Virus record (IMG/VR): IMGVR_UViG_3300028171_000090
Coordinates: 64,001-128,000 of that record
Direction: 5' to 3' (one strand)
DNA: 64,000 nt
Source: a virus
Lineage: Duplodnaviria > Caudoviricetes
Below are positions 28,971 through 38,097 of the stretch, one piece after another. The notes under the pieces are model-generated. The model did not search any database. It was not told the origin of the DNA and saw only the letters and a program-made list of their open reading frames with translations. The stretch's first letter is position 1, and the number at the start of each line of letters is the position of its first letter. A program made the position numbers and the translations under genes.

Positions 28971-30014
28971 ATGGTTAGAAAGAATGTATCTGTAAAGCAT
29001 ATTAGACCACATCTACTACAGGTAGATGATATGGCATTAAAATTTACAGAATATGATTTACCTGTAAAGGCTACAAGTGGATCATTTAAAAAAGGATTAT
29101 CATTGCCTGCGGCATCTTATCGTACAATGGGTGTAACAGATGAGCAATGTAAAGAAGTACAGGATACATATAAGATTCCTGAAGACATTCATGTAAGTGC
29201 AGTTGTCCGAGGTGAATATAACGTTCGACGTAATAATGATACTAAAGATGGCATATACCGTGAATTTGTTGAAGATAAAAACGGTAAAGATATATTACTA
29301 CATGCAATGCATCCAACACTTATGACGTTTAGTGAATTCGATAAACTGAATGATAAGCATTTAATCGAACTATTCAGTCAAGATGAATTTGCAGCGGTAG
29401 GTGTTGTCTCTTGGTATGAATTTGGTTTGGTTCCAGTTAACGGAATGCCGGATCATGCAGGAGTACTTAATGCAAAATTAGTATTACGCAATGCATTAAA
29501 ACGTGTAGAAGTAGAAAAAGAAGAAGCTCTAATGAGAGCCAATAAAGTAACAAAATTAAAAGGTTTCCATGATTTTGAAATATGGGTACAGTCTGATAGC
29601 CCAGCTGCGGTTTTACCTGATGCTCGTATGCTATGGACACCATTGTCCGCAGACTTTGCATCTCAGGTTAAAGTGTCAGATAAAGTTATAACAAAAGCTG
29701 TCGTACAAGGAGCGCTTATATCAAAAATTAAACCTGGTGATGGGGGCGTGTACAAATATCTTGAAACGAGAAGTCATATTGCAGAGCCGACTAGCTATTT
29801 CCTTAAATTAACATTAGCAGCTCCGGCGACATACTCTCGTGAAACATTTGAGATTATGCGTACAAACTTAGAAGAAACAGCAAAACAATTTATCCGAGTT
29901 AATAGTCTTGTGATACCACATTTACTTGATTTTGATATGGACTCTATGACTATTAATGATGGTTATGTTGCAGGGTATCCTACATTATATGTAGTAGTAC
30001 CAAATGTTATTTAA
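28971..30014 (+). CDS. two-domain hypothetical protein; C-half related to 43459 / family A
   Basis: C-terminal GYPTLYVVVP versus GYPTVYMILP in 43459. Confidence 0.8.
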   Translation: MVRKNVSVKHIRPHLLQVDDMALKFTEYDLPVKATSGSFKKGLSLPAASYRTMGVTDEQCKEVQDTYKIPEDIHVSAVVRGEYNVRRNNDTKDGIYREFVEDKNGKDILLHAMHPTLMTFSEFDKLNDKHLIELFSQDEFAAVGVVSWYEFGLVPVNGMPDHAGVLNAKLVLRNALKRVEVEKEEALMRANKVTKLKGFHDFEIWVQSDSPAAVLPDARMLWTPLSADFASQVKVSDKVITKAVVQGALISKIKPGDGGVYKYLETRSHIAEPTSYFLKLTLAAPATYSRETFEIMRTNLEETAKQFIRVNSLVIPHLLDFDMDSMTINDGYVAGYPTLYVVVPNVI

Positions 30015-30101
30015 TATAAAGAAGTAACACTTTTCTCTTAAAAAATTAGAACTTATAATTAATATACTCAGATATAAAAAGTGGAGAGGGGACCATTAAC
30101 A

Positions 30102-30578
30102 ATGGCTACTAAAACAAATAAAGAGGCTAAAGCAACAACTAGAAAGACTACAAAGAAAGTTTCCGTACAAAAAGTAGATGCTATCAAAACAGTATCAGTA
30201 CGTAAACGTAAAGCAGGTTTATTAATTAAAGGTGGGTTAACGAGTAAGATAAACTTAGTTCGTTTAACTCGTAATGAAAACTATCTACCAAATAATTATA
30301 AAACAGTATTAGATATGGTACGTAAAGGGTATGCTACTTCTCGCGAACTAGCTGATGTGAATCCATTAAAACGTGCAAAAGCATCATCTGATACAACTAG
30401 AAATTACTATTATAGAATATTGAATGTGATGGCGGATATCGGGTTACTTAATAAAGAACGTCATTCATATCATAATGGAGTAACTTGTATTGTAGAAAAC
30501 AAGTATACTGCAATCGAATTGGAACCTATTAAAATGGGACCAGGGCAATACTTAGACGTAAACATCCGTCTACAATAG
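30102..30578 (+). CDS. basic winged-helix DNA-binding protein (putative)
   Basis: K/R-rich N-tail; VLDMVRKGYATSRELA...YRILNVMADIGLL wHTH pattern. Confidence 0.55.
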   Translation: MATKTNKEAKATTRKTTKKVSVQKVDAIKTVSVRKRKAGLLIKGGLTSKINLVRLTRNENYLPNNYKTVLDMVRKGYATSRELADVNPLKRAKASSDTTRNYYYRILNVMADIGLLNKERHSYHNGVTCIVENKYTAIELEPIKMGPGQYLDVNIRLQ

Positions 30579-30582
30579 TACG

Positions 30583-30613
30583 AGATAGGGAGAAATCCCT
30601 ATCTTTATTTTTT
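30583..30613 (+). terminator. intrinsic terminator
   Basis: AGATAGGGA-GAAA-TCCCTATCT then T-tract. Confidence 0.85.
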
Positions 30614-30658
30614 GTCATTTTTATACAATAACAATAAATTCAACATTTAATTTGATTA

Positions 30659-30675
30659 TACATTATATAGGTGAG
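30659..30675 (+). promoter_or_regulatory. putative early promoter
   Basis: TACATTATATAGGTGAG. Confidence 0.7.
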
Positions 30676-30733
30676 ATTGGATAATGAATCCAAAAGCTAC
30701 TAATGTATAAAGCTACATAGAGGAGGAATAACA

Positions 30734-32884
30734 ATGACTGAAATTAGAGTAGCGAGAGTCAAACGAATTAAGCCAGATGAACTAACAGTAGCTCCTGAAG
30801 AATTATTTGCAAAAGCATTGAAGCTTGCAAAGAAAGGAAAGCTACGTCAAGCGAAGAATACGCTGAAGAAAGCGGGCGTTGAATTATATATGGAACGCTT
30901 CGTTAAAGAAGGTAAAGAAAAGAAAATAGATGAAATGCTTGATAGTGTTGAAGACATTATCAAGGCATTAAAAATCATATACGAAAATGGAAAGGAGTTT
31001 GTAAGCGATAAGATATATGACATAACATTAGATAAATTTAAGTCTTATCGCGCTGAGCCAATTGAGGCTACATTATTTGTTGGTAGACGTACGAAAGATA
31101 CGACACATGAGTTTCCACTATTACGTGGTACATTAGACAAGGCTCATTTTATCTATACAGCAGATAACACACAAAGGAAAGAAGGTACGAAAGATGTTGA
31201 ATCCTTCATTAGAAGTTGGATGGCTAGAAGCCGTGGACCTCTTCGTATCAGATTATCATTAAAGTATGATGGCGTATCTGTCATCTTAGAAATAGATAGT
31301 GTAACAGGTAAAGTTGTATCAGCAATCACTCGTGGTGATGATGGTAATGGAACAGACCTAACACACTTATTTACAAATGTAAGATATCCGAATGCCTTAA
31401 ATGAAATGGGGTTAAACTTCGGATTGAAGACAGAGTTAATTGTAACAAAAGCAAACCGTGATTTATACATGGAAGAACGAGGAAAGAGTTATGCAAACTG
31501 TCGAAGCGCGGCAGTTAGTATTGTATCAGCTAGTAATGGAGCCAAGTATGCAAAGTACTTAACACCAGTTCCATTGTATGCCGTAACAGATACCGATGAG
31601 GAAGTATCCTATGCGGTAATAAACAAAATGTTTGCACAGAACTTAGCACTATCATTTATTGAGTTAGAAGTAACATCGGTAAAAGAAGCGATGGCTAAGA
31701 TTCATGACTTCATAGCAGACATTCGAGTAAAGCGTCCAGACTTAGGATTCGCAATTGATGGTATCGTTATCGATGTAATCAATGATGAGATTCGTGATGA
31801 GTTTGGAAGAAAGAATGCAATTAATAAATATCAGGTAGCTTACAAGTATCCACCCGATGAAGTGCAGACGACTGTTAAAGGATTCGAAGTAACCGTAGGT
31901 CGTACAGGATTATTAACACCGATCCTTTTCTATGATCCGATTGAACTAAATGGTACAATCCACAATCATAGTACACTATCATCTTATGAGAGATTTAGTA
32001 AGATGAATTTACATTACGGAGATACAGTTACAGTATCTTATAACGGTGATGTAATGCCTTATGTGCAACCAACCGTACGACATAACGGGATGGGTCCAGT
32101 CATTGGATATCCTGACCAATGTCCAAGCTGTGGAGGGTCTATAGTACAGAAAGGAAAGAACTATTTCTGTGCAAATGGTAATTGTACAACGAAACATTTG
32201 AATCGTATTACATTCTTTATCAAAGCATTAGGTCTGAAAGACTTTGCTGATAAGACAGTAACACGATTATATGATGAAGGTCTCCTTACGGATATCCCAT
32301 CATTATTTAATCTAGATTATTCAGCTATCTTACAATTAGATGGATTCGGAGAATCAAAAGTAAATAATATAAAGTCTGAGATTGAGAGAATTAGAACCGA
32401 ACCGATACATGATTATAACTTATGTAATGCGTTAGGTATCTCTGGTCCAAAGACGAGTGAGCAGATTTTAAATTGGTATACATTACAAGAAGTAATGAAG
32501 AACTCTTATTCTATCGGGACAGTTAATATTCCGAATGTAAGAGATGCTAAGAAAGAAAACTTTATTAATGGATTAGATGAAGTCATGCCGACTTTACAAT
32601 ATCTATTACAAGAAGTATTTACAAATAACATTATACATTCTAAGTTCGAAGCACATCAGGATACTGGTAAGAAGAAAGTTATGTTTACTGGATTCCGAGA
32701 TAAGGACTTAAAGAAAGAGTGTGAAGCAAAAGGATATAAAGTAGTAGACAGTGGATTCAAAGGGTTGACATATTTAGTGGCAACTGATCCACATGATACG
32801 AGTAAGAAGAAAGTAGCGAAGGCTTTAGACAAAGGTATTGAAGTAATTTCGCGTAAAGAGTTTGAAAAGAAGGTAAGAGGTTAA
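30734..32884 (+). CDS. ligA: NAD-dependent DNA ligase
   Basis: KYDG adenylation motif, TRGD, IDGIVI, AYKYP, VGRTG, CPSC..C..C zinc finger, HhH, BRCT (VMFTGFRD). Confidence 0.95.
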   Translation: MTEIRVARVKRIKPDELTVAPEELFAKALKLAKKGKLRQAKNTLKKAGVELYMERFVKEGKEKKIDEMLDSVEDIIKALKIIYENGKEFVSDKIYDITLDKFKSYRAEPIEATLFVGRRTKDTTHEFPLLRGTLDKAHFIYTADNTQRKEGTKDVESFIRSWMARSRGPLRIRLSLKYDGVSVILEIDSVTGKVVSAITRGDDGNGTDLTHLFTNVRYPNALNEMGLNFGLKTELIVTKANRDLYMEERGKSYANCRSAAVSIVSASNGAKYAKYLTPVPLYAVTDTDEEVSYAVINKMFAQNLALSFIELEVTSVKEAMAKIHDFIADIRVKRPDLGFAIDGIVIDVINDEIRDEFGRKNAINKYQVAYKYPPDEVQTTVKGFEVTVGRTGLLTPILFYDPIELNGTIHNHSTLSSYERFSKMNLHYGDTVTVSYNGDVMPYVQPTVRHNGMGPVIGYPDQCPSCGGSIVQKGKNYFCANGNCTTKHLNRITFFIKALGLKDFADKTVTRLYDEGLLTDIPSLFNLDYSAILQLDGFGESKVNNIKSEIERIRTEPIHDYNLCNALGISGPKTSEQILNWYTLQEVMKNSYSIGTVNIPNVRDAKKENFINGLDEVMPTLQYLLQEVFTNNIIHSKFEAHQDTGKKKVMFTGFRDKDLKKECEAKGYKVVDSGFKGLTYLVATDPHDTSKKKVAKALDKGIEVISRKEFEKKVRG

Positions 32885-32918
32885 TTCCTCTTACCTGTCT
32901 TTCATAAAGCAAAGGAGA

Positions 32919-33332
32919 ATGAAAATGACTAAGACTGTAAAATTAGAAGATGTAGAACCGGGTTCATTATTTAGATATAATGATACAATCGGGTTTAAGA
33001 CAGAATACCGTGATAATGATGGAACTGTTAAAGCATACATCATTGGTTCAGGGGAAACTTTCTGTGGAGGAAGATATACTGATATAAATGAATTAGATGT
33101 TATCCCAATTGATGTAGAGGAAGTTGGAAAAGGTTTGGGTATGCTAAAAGAGATTCTTGCTAGTAGTAGCAGAGATTGGAGCGAATCCTCGGAATTAGCT
33201 TTAATTTGGGGAATTGTATTTGGCTGGGGTAAGAAGGCTATGATAGAAATGCAAGATAAACATGGCTGGTCAAATAAGGATGCTAAGAAATTAAAAAAAG
33301 CTGGAAAGAATGTTTCACGTTTAGCTAAATAA
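32919..33332 (+). CDS. hypothetical protein
   Basis: 137-aa ORF, SD AAGGAG. Confidence 0.75.
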   Translation: MKMTKTVKLEDVEPGSLFRYNDTIGFKTEYRDNDGTVKAYIIGSGETFCGGRYTDINELDVIPIDVEEVGKGLGMLKEILASSSRDWSESSELALIWGIVFGWGKKAMIEMQDKHGWSNKDAKKLKKAGKNVSRLAK

Positions 33333-33365
33333 TAAAAATAATATAAACTAAGGGAGCTAATTAAA

Positions 33366-33887
33366 ATGACAAACGTAAATAAAATAGACGCACTAAACAC
33401 GACAGTAGATATTATCACAGGACCATCATTCACAGTATTTCAAGAAACAGATATTCCTGTAGCAACACCATTTAACTATCTTGAAAAAGGATACAAGAGA
33501 GCATATACATTACCTGATTCAAAACCACATCTTACAAAGGAATATTATTTACCAGAAAATATTGAAGTTCAACTATCATGGATTGGTCATTATATTAACT
33601 TTGATATGCATACTTTTACTGTCAATAATGATGGTAACTTTATGCTACTTAGATTATTTGATAAAAATTTAACACCAATGATATTCAATGCATACGGTGA
33701 TAATGAGCATATTGATATTGCATTAAATAAACATTTTGGGTTACTTGCATCATGGCACGAAACTTCTCTTGTACCATCTAAAGAAAATGAAAATATGGGC
33801 AATCTAGTTTATTATGTCATTATAAAACTAGAAGCCATCGAAAAAATGAAACAAGCGGAAGAAATTAAAGAAAATAATAAACGATAA
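33366..33887 (+). CDS. hypothetical protein (weak similarity to 43459)
   Basis: FTVNNDGNFMLL versus FDINKNGAFMLV. Confidence 0.75.
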   Translation: MTNVNKIDALNTTVDIITGPSFTVFQETDIPVATPFNYLEKGYKRAYTLPDSKPHLTKEYYLPENIEVQLSWIGHYINFDMHTFTVNNDGNFMLLRLFDKNLTPMIFNAYGDNEHIDIALNKHFGLLASWHETSLVPSKENENMGNLVYYVIIKLEAIEKMKQAEEIKENNKR

Positions 33888-33896
33888 GGAAGAAGA

Positions 33897-34196
33897 ATGG
33901 TGAATAAACGATTAGTAGAATACTTGCCTGAGATTACGCAGATTAGAGATTACTTACATAAAGAGTGCGGAGCACCCTTTATGGAAACAAACGTATTAGA
34001 AACATTATTACTTGCAACACATCGATTTACGGTGGTAGAGCAAAGTAAGATACTAATCAGAAAGAAAATGCGTTTCACAAACTTTGTCCTCGATAATTAC
34101 GGGGACAAGTTACCACCAATACGTAAAGCATTAATATTCCATATCGGCTCTAGCATGATTCATTATGCTAGAGTGAAGGAGGAAGAACAGTGTTAA
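33897..34196 (+). CDS. small helical protein, paralogue of 34190
   Basis: L.EY+.E+..I.+++ N-terminus; R+..+++..Y pattern. Confidence 0.7.
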   Translation: MVNKRLVEYLPEITQIRDYLHKECGAPFMETNVLETLLLATHRFTVVEQSKILIRKKMRFTNFVLDNYGDKLPPIRKALIFHIGSSMIHYARVKEEEQC

Positions 34197-34468
34197 GTGA
34201 ATATATTCAAGAATTAAGAATCATTCATGAATTTGTAGAAAGAGCAAATGATGGTATGAAGTTTGAAAGACGTGATGTACAACTAGTACTATCAGCGTTT
34301 ATGAAATACTATCAATCAGGACCTTGGTGGCGTAGATGGTCACCAAGGAGAAATCCGAAACGAGTTGCAAAATATATTGTAAAGAAATATCCAAGTAAAG
34401 ATAAAGATACAATAGAACGAATTACAGTAGCTTTACAAGCCTATTTAATAGTAATGGATTCTATGTAA
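34190..34468 (+). CDS. small helical protein, paralogue of 33897
   Basis: As above. Confidence 0.7.
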   Translation: MLSEYIQELRIIHEFVERANDGMKFERRDVQLVLSAFMKYYQSGPWWRRWSPRRNPKRVAKYIVKKYPSKDKDTIERITVALQAYLIVMDSM

Positions 34469-34503
34469 TTAAAATAAATTAGACTATGCGGGGGAATATA
34501 ACC

Positions 34504-35448
34504 ATGACACAATTAACAATTAATAGAAACTATACTGATAGAGACTGTCTTACGCATGTTGCAGATGATATTCAAATGTATGCGGAACTACTAAGAGGTA
34601 TAGGATATACAAGAGAAGATTTAGAAGCTAACTTCACACATACTGAGGTAGAGTTATTTGACGACTTATTAGTACACAATTATTTCAATACAACTATTGA
34701 GTACTCAAAGTTCTCAGGAGATGCAATGTCAAACTGTATGCAGAAACAGCGTCGTTTAGCAAACAGATTACGTCAAGTATTTACATCTAAAATCAGCACA
34801 CAATTTATGCAACGTGCTGGTATTGAAAGTGATATGCGTACGTTCATAGATGTGCGGACAGAAGAAGTAAAAGAATATGTACAAGAGTATGAGATTGACA
34901 AATGTGCTCAATTGAAATTCTATGCTGAAAGTCTTGTAGAATCATTAGTTAAACCTTCTGATTCAATCATTAAACGTAAGAGAACATTTGATGATTCAAG
35001 AATAGATAAGATACAAATGTATTTAGAGATAGCGTTAAATGAACTTAGAATTCCTATGTATAAATTAAACTTCTGTGGGTTAAGAGGTATTGGTTTGGAA
35101 ATGGTTCAGTTAACAATATTTGAAAATAAATACAATAGTGATGAAGAACTTGCAGAGCATTATGGTACATCTAGACCTCTTATTGAGAGAAGATGGCTAC
35201 CGGTTTTACGCGCTGTAAGAGATTGTACAGCTTATATGTTAGCTGAAAGATTTAGAGAGAAAGTAGATTTACCTAAATACGTAAAAGAATATAATATCCA
35301 CTTTGGAATGCATCTAGAAGGTAGTGACTATACATCTCATTACGCAGAGCAATTATGTGGAGATTATTTAAAAATGCATGTTGAAGGCAAAGCTGAAGGC
35401 ATGAGAGATATTGTATCACATTTAAACTTACAATTAGAATCCGAGTAA
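34504..35448 (+). CDS. hypothetical protein with HTH (sigma region-4-like) motif
   Basis: SDEELAEHYGTSRPLIERRW. Confidence 0.55.
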   Translation: MTQLTINRNYTDRDCLTHVADDIQMYAELLRGIGYTREDLEANFTHTEVELFDDLLVHNYFNTTIEYSKFSGDAMSNCMQKQRRLANRLRQVFTSKISTQFMQRAGIESDMRTFIDVRTEEVKEYVQEYEIDKCAQLKFYAESLVESLVKPSDSIIKRKRTFDDSRIDKIQMYLEIALNELRIPMYKLNFCGLRGIGLEMVQLTIFENKYNSDEELAEHYGTSRPLIERRWLPVLRAVRDCTAYMLAERFREKVDLPKYVKEYNIHFGMHLEGSDYTSHYAEQLCGDYLKMHVEGKAEGMRDIVSHLNLQLESE

Positions 35449-35486
35449 TATAAAACTAAAATAATTAGACTAAGGGAGAAATTAAA

Positions 35487-36266
35487 ATGACATCTAAATT
35501 CGTAAAATCAATCAAACAATATGAGCATACATTAATCGTAGAAGGTAACCCATCTCAATTAGAGAAATTCAATAAAGTATTTGGTGATTCAGCAGACAGA
35601 GTAAAACAAAGTTTCGGTTATAATAACTTAAAGAAAGTTGACTTCTTCTACCAATACTTTTTAATGAAGTTAGGTGGAAAAGCATTTTCTGAGAAGCAAT
35701 ATAAAGGTCATCATATCGAAGACCTTTTTAAATTTATGTATGCAAACTATAATCACTTAAATTTATCATGGGTTACACTTCAACGAATGGATATTGATCA
35801 GGTTGCGGATGGAGTGTTTGATATTGCATTGAAACGTATGAATGCAACACCTGAAGAAAAAGCAGAAGCTGATGAATTATATGTGAAGTTTCTACGTTCC
35901 CATACGCCTGACTATTGCTTCTTCAATTTAATTGAACCAAGTGAGTTTACAAAGTATAGAAAGGAATCTCCTGCTATACCAAGTCACTTGACATATGATG
36001 AATGGAGCACAAAGGTGTTTGGATTAGGTACATTACAATTATATAATATTCCAATTGAACTTAAACGTGAAAAGAAAAGTCGTCATGAATATTCATTCGA
36101 CGTACGTGCTGAAATGAGTCATGATGCAATTAAAAAAATCTCTAAACAGTTTCCTAAGTTAGAGTTTACAATGAAGATTAAGTATAACGATCAAACCCGA
36201 TTTGCTAATAAAACAATAACTGATAAGAAATTTAAAGATGGAAAAGAAAAATCTAAAAAGAAATAA
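35487..36266 (+). CDS. family B paralogue (YubB/DUF1281-like)
   Basis: LIVEGNPSQLEKF, FFNLIEP, YSFD, IKKISKQFPKLEF...FKDG. Confidence 0.6.
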   Translation: MTSKFVKSIKQYEHTLIVEGNPSQLEKFNKVFGDSADRVKQSFGYNNLKKVDFFYQYFLMKLGGKAFSEKQYKGHHIEDLFKFMYANYNHLNLSWVTLQRMDIDQVADGVFDIALKRMNATPEEKAEADELYVKFLRSHTPDYCFFNLIEPSEFTKYRKESPAIPSHLTYDEWSTKVFGLGTLQLYNIPIELKREKKSRHEYSFDVRAEMSHDAIKKISKQFPKLEFTMKIKYNDQTRFANKTITDKKFKDGKEKSKKK

Positions 36267-36291
36267 TCCAATCAAAGGGAGAGAAAGAAAA

Positions 36292-37086
36292 ATGACAAAT
36301 CCACTTAAACGAGTAACAATGACAATGGTTAAACCTGATAAAGTAAAGGCTGAACAATTCTTTACAGTAATTAGAACAGGTTTCCAACCTGATATCCAAA
36401 AAGAGATTGTTGCAATTAATGGGCAAATCTTAGAACAGTTAGTCCAAGCATATAAGTTTGGACTACGTTCAGCTTTTCCTGAAAGAGCAAGTGAGAACTT
36501 ATGGAGATTAAAACAGAATTTAGGATTACCACATTTAATCTCAGCTGTACATAATATGGGGAAAAGGGAGTATGTCGATTATATCAATTCACTACATTTT
36601 ACATTGGAAGATATAGATGCAAACCGCGGGTCAGCGACAAATGAAATTTATATCTACCAAGACCGCTACAATAAACATGTGACAGATATAGAAGTGGACG
36701 GTAGACGTACATGTGTAAGCTTAGCAATGGGTGCTTATAAAGCCCGTAAGAATACATGGACATCTAATCTAGAGTATACAATACAAAGTAAGATGGAATT
36801 AGATATTGAAGCTATGTACACTCTATTAGCAGATTTAGAAAAGACGAAGATATGGGATGTTGTCCATAACTTTGATACAATGAATTTTAGTAGTAAAGAT
36901 AATTTCGTATTTGAATTTACTACTACAAGTGAATGTGACATTGAAGAACTATTCCGACTATTGTCTTATGACGTTGTAGGTGAAATGAATATAACGTCGC
37001 ATACAATTATACCAGAACCTAAATCATTCTCAGCAGGTAGTGGTAGAGTAGTACGACAAGGAGATGCTCGGAAGCTAGTAAAATAA
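36292..37086 (+). CDS. hypothetical protein, probable divergent family B member
   Basis: FVFEFTT...LFRLLS C-terminal pattern; SD AAGGGAG. Confidence 0.65.
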   Translation: MTNPLKRVTMTMVKPDKVKAEQFFTVIRTGFQPDIQKEIVAINGQILEQLVQAYKFGLRSAFPERASENLWRLKQNLGLPHLISAVHNMGKREYVDYINSLHFTLEDIDANRGSATNEIYIYQDRYNKHVTDIEVDGRRTCVSLAMGAYKARKNTWTSNLEYTIQSKMELDIEAMYTLLADLEKTKIWDVVHNFDTMNFSSKDNFVFEFTTTSECDIEELFRLLSYDVVGEMNITSHTIIPEPKSFSAGSGRVVRQGDARKLVK

Positions 37087-37108
37087 AAATTAAAAGAAAT
37101 TATAACTA

Positions 37109-37125
37109 TACATTATAGAGGTGAG
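37109..37125 (+). promoter_or_regulatory. putative early promoter
   Basis: TACATTATAGAGGTGAG. Confidence 0.7.
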
Positions 37126-37189
37126 ACCAAATAAAATATAAGGAGGAATCACTTCTATAATCGATGTTATTAAAAATTAATATCGGCTT

Positions 37190-37201
37190 AACAAGGTATT
37201 G
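37190..37201 (+). promoter_or_regulatory. putative late promoter with 5' hairpin
   Basis: AACA-AGGTAT-TG then GATGAG-ACTG-CTCATC. Confidence 0.55.
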
Positions 37202-37307
37202 GGAGAGATGAGACTGCTCATCCCAATAACCAAATATTAACAAACTACAATAACCATAACAAATTATTGTAGGAAAAATATACTTAACTTAATTGGAGGA
37301 AATTAAA

Positions 37308-37616
37308 ATGACTAAAACAATCGAAATGAACGAAGAATTCTTCAAAGGACTTTCAGCTTTCCTAGTAGAAAACAATGGAGTTGACTATGATCCTGAAGAT
37401 TTAGATTTATTAGAAATGGTTGTTAAAGGTAACCACCAATATGCTGGTGAAGTACTTGGAGCAAATAAAAATGAAGAAGAACCAGTAGCTTTAGAATTAG
37501 ATGGATTAGTTACATACCAAGCTTCTTATCGTGCAGGTGCAGATGAGTCTGAAGGTAACTTCGGTATTGGTATTACTGCTGGTGAAGAATTAGTTGAATT
37601 AGCAAACGAAGCTTAA
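37308..37616 (+). CDS. acidic HU/IHF-fold-like protein 1 (putative)
   Basis: LELDGLVTYQASYRAG...GITAGEELVELAN resembles HU beta-strands and last helix; about 23 D/E versus 5 K/R. Confidence 0.45.
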   Translation: MTKTIEMNEEFFKGLSAFLVENNGVDYDPEDLDLLEMVVKGNHQYAGEVLGANKNEEEPVALELDGLVTYQASYRAGADESEGNFGIGITAGEELVELANEA

Positions 37617-37680
37617 TTATAAATTGTAGTAAACGTATTACTATTAAAATAAACTAACCAATATACTGGAGGAAATTACA

Positions 37681-38010
37681 ATGGCTAAAACAATTAAAAT
37701 GGACAAGAAATTCTTTGAAGGACAAACACAATTCATCGAGGACAACATGCGTGTACGTTTCGAAGACGCATCATTCGTTGAAGATACTGTGAAAGGTTAC
37801 TACCAATACGTTGGTACTGTAATCGGCGAAGAATTAAAAGATGCTGAAAATGGAGCATCAGTAGTAGTTAAACTTGCTGACTACATCGAGTTCAAAGGTG
37901 TTAAACAGGAAGATGAAATCGTTATCGGAATCACAGCTCATGCTGAGATCAAGAAACGTATTAAATCAGATGCTCAACTAGAAGAGTTAGAAGAATCTGA
38001 CGAAGAATAA
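37681..38010 (+). CDS. acidic HU/IHF-fold-like protein 2 (putative), paralogue of 37308
   Basis: Shared KTI.M...FF.G, VKG..QY.G.V+G and IGITA. Confidence 0.45.
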   Translation: MAKTIKMDKKFFEGQTQFIEDNMRVRFEDASFVEDTVKGYYQYVGTVIGEELKDAENGASVVVKLADYIEFKGVKQEDEIVIGITAHAEIKKRIKSDAQLEELEESDEE

Positions 38011-38026
38011 GCGTGAGCTTACAATA

Positions 38027-38063
38027 TAGCGGTGACCGAGAGGTTACCGCTACTTATTTTTTT
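38027..38063 (+). terminator. intrinsic terminator
   Basis: TAGCGGTGACC-GAGA-GGTTACCGCTA then T-tract. Confidence 0.8.
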
Positions 38064-38097
38064 ATTGTCACTACAGAAAGCCACGAGGGGGAGTAAC

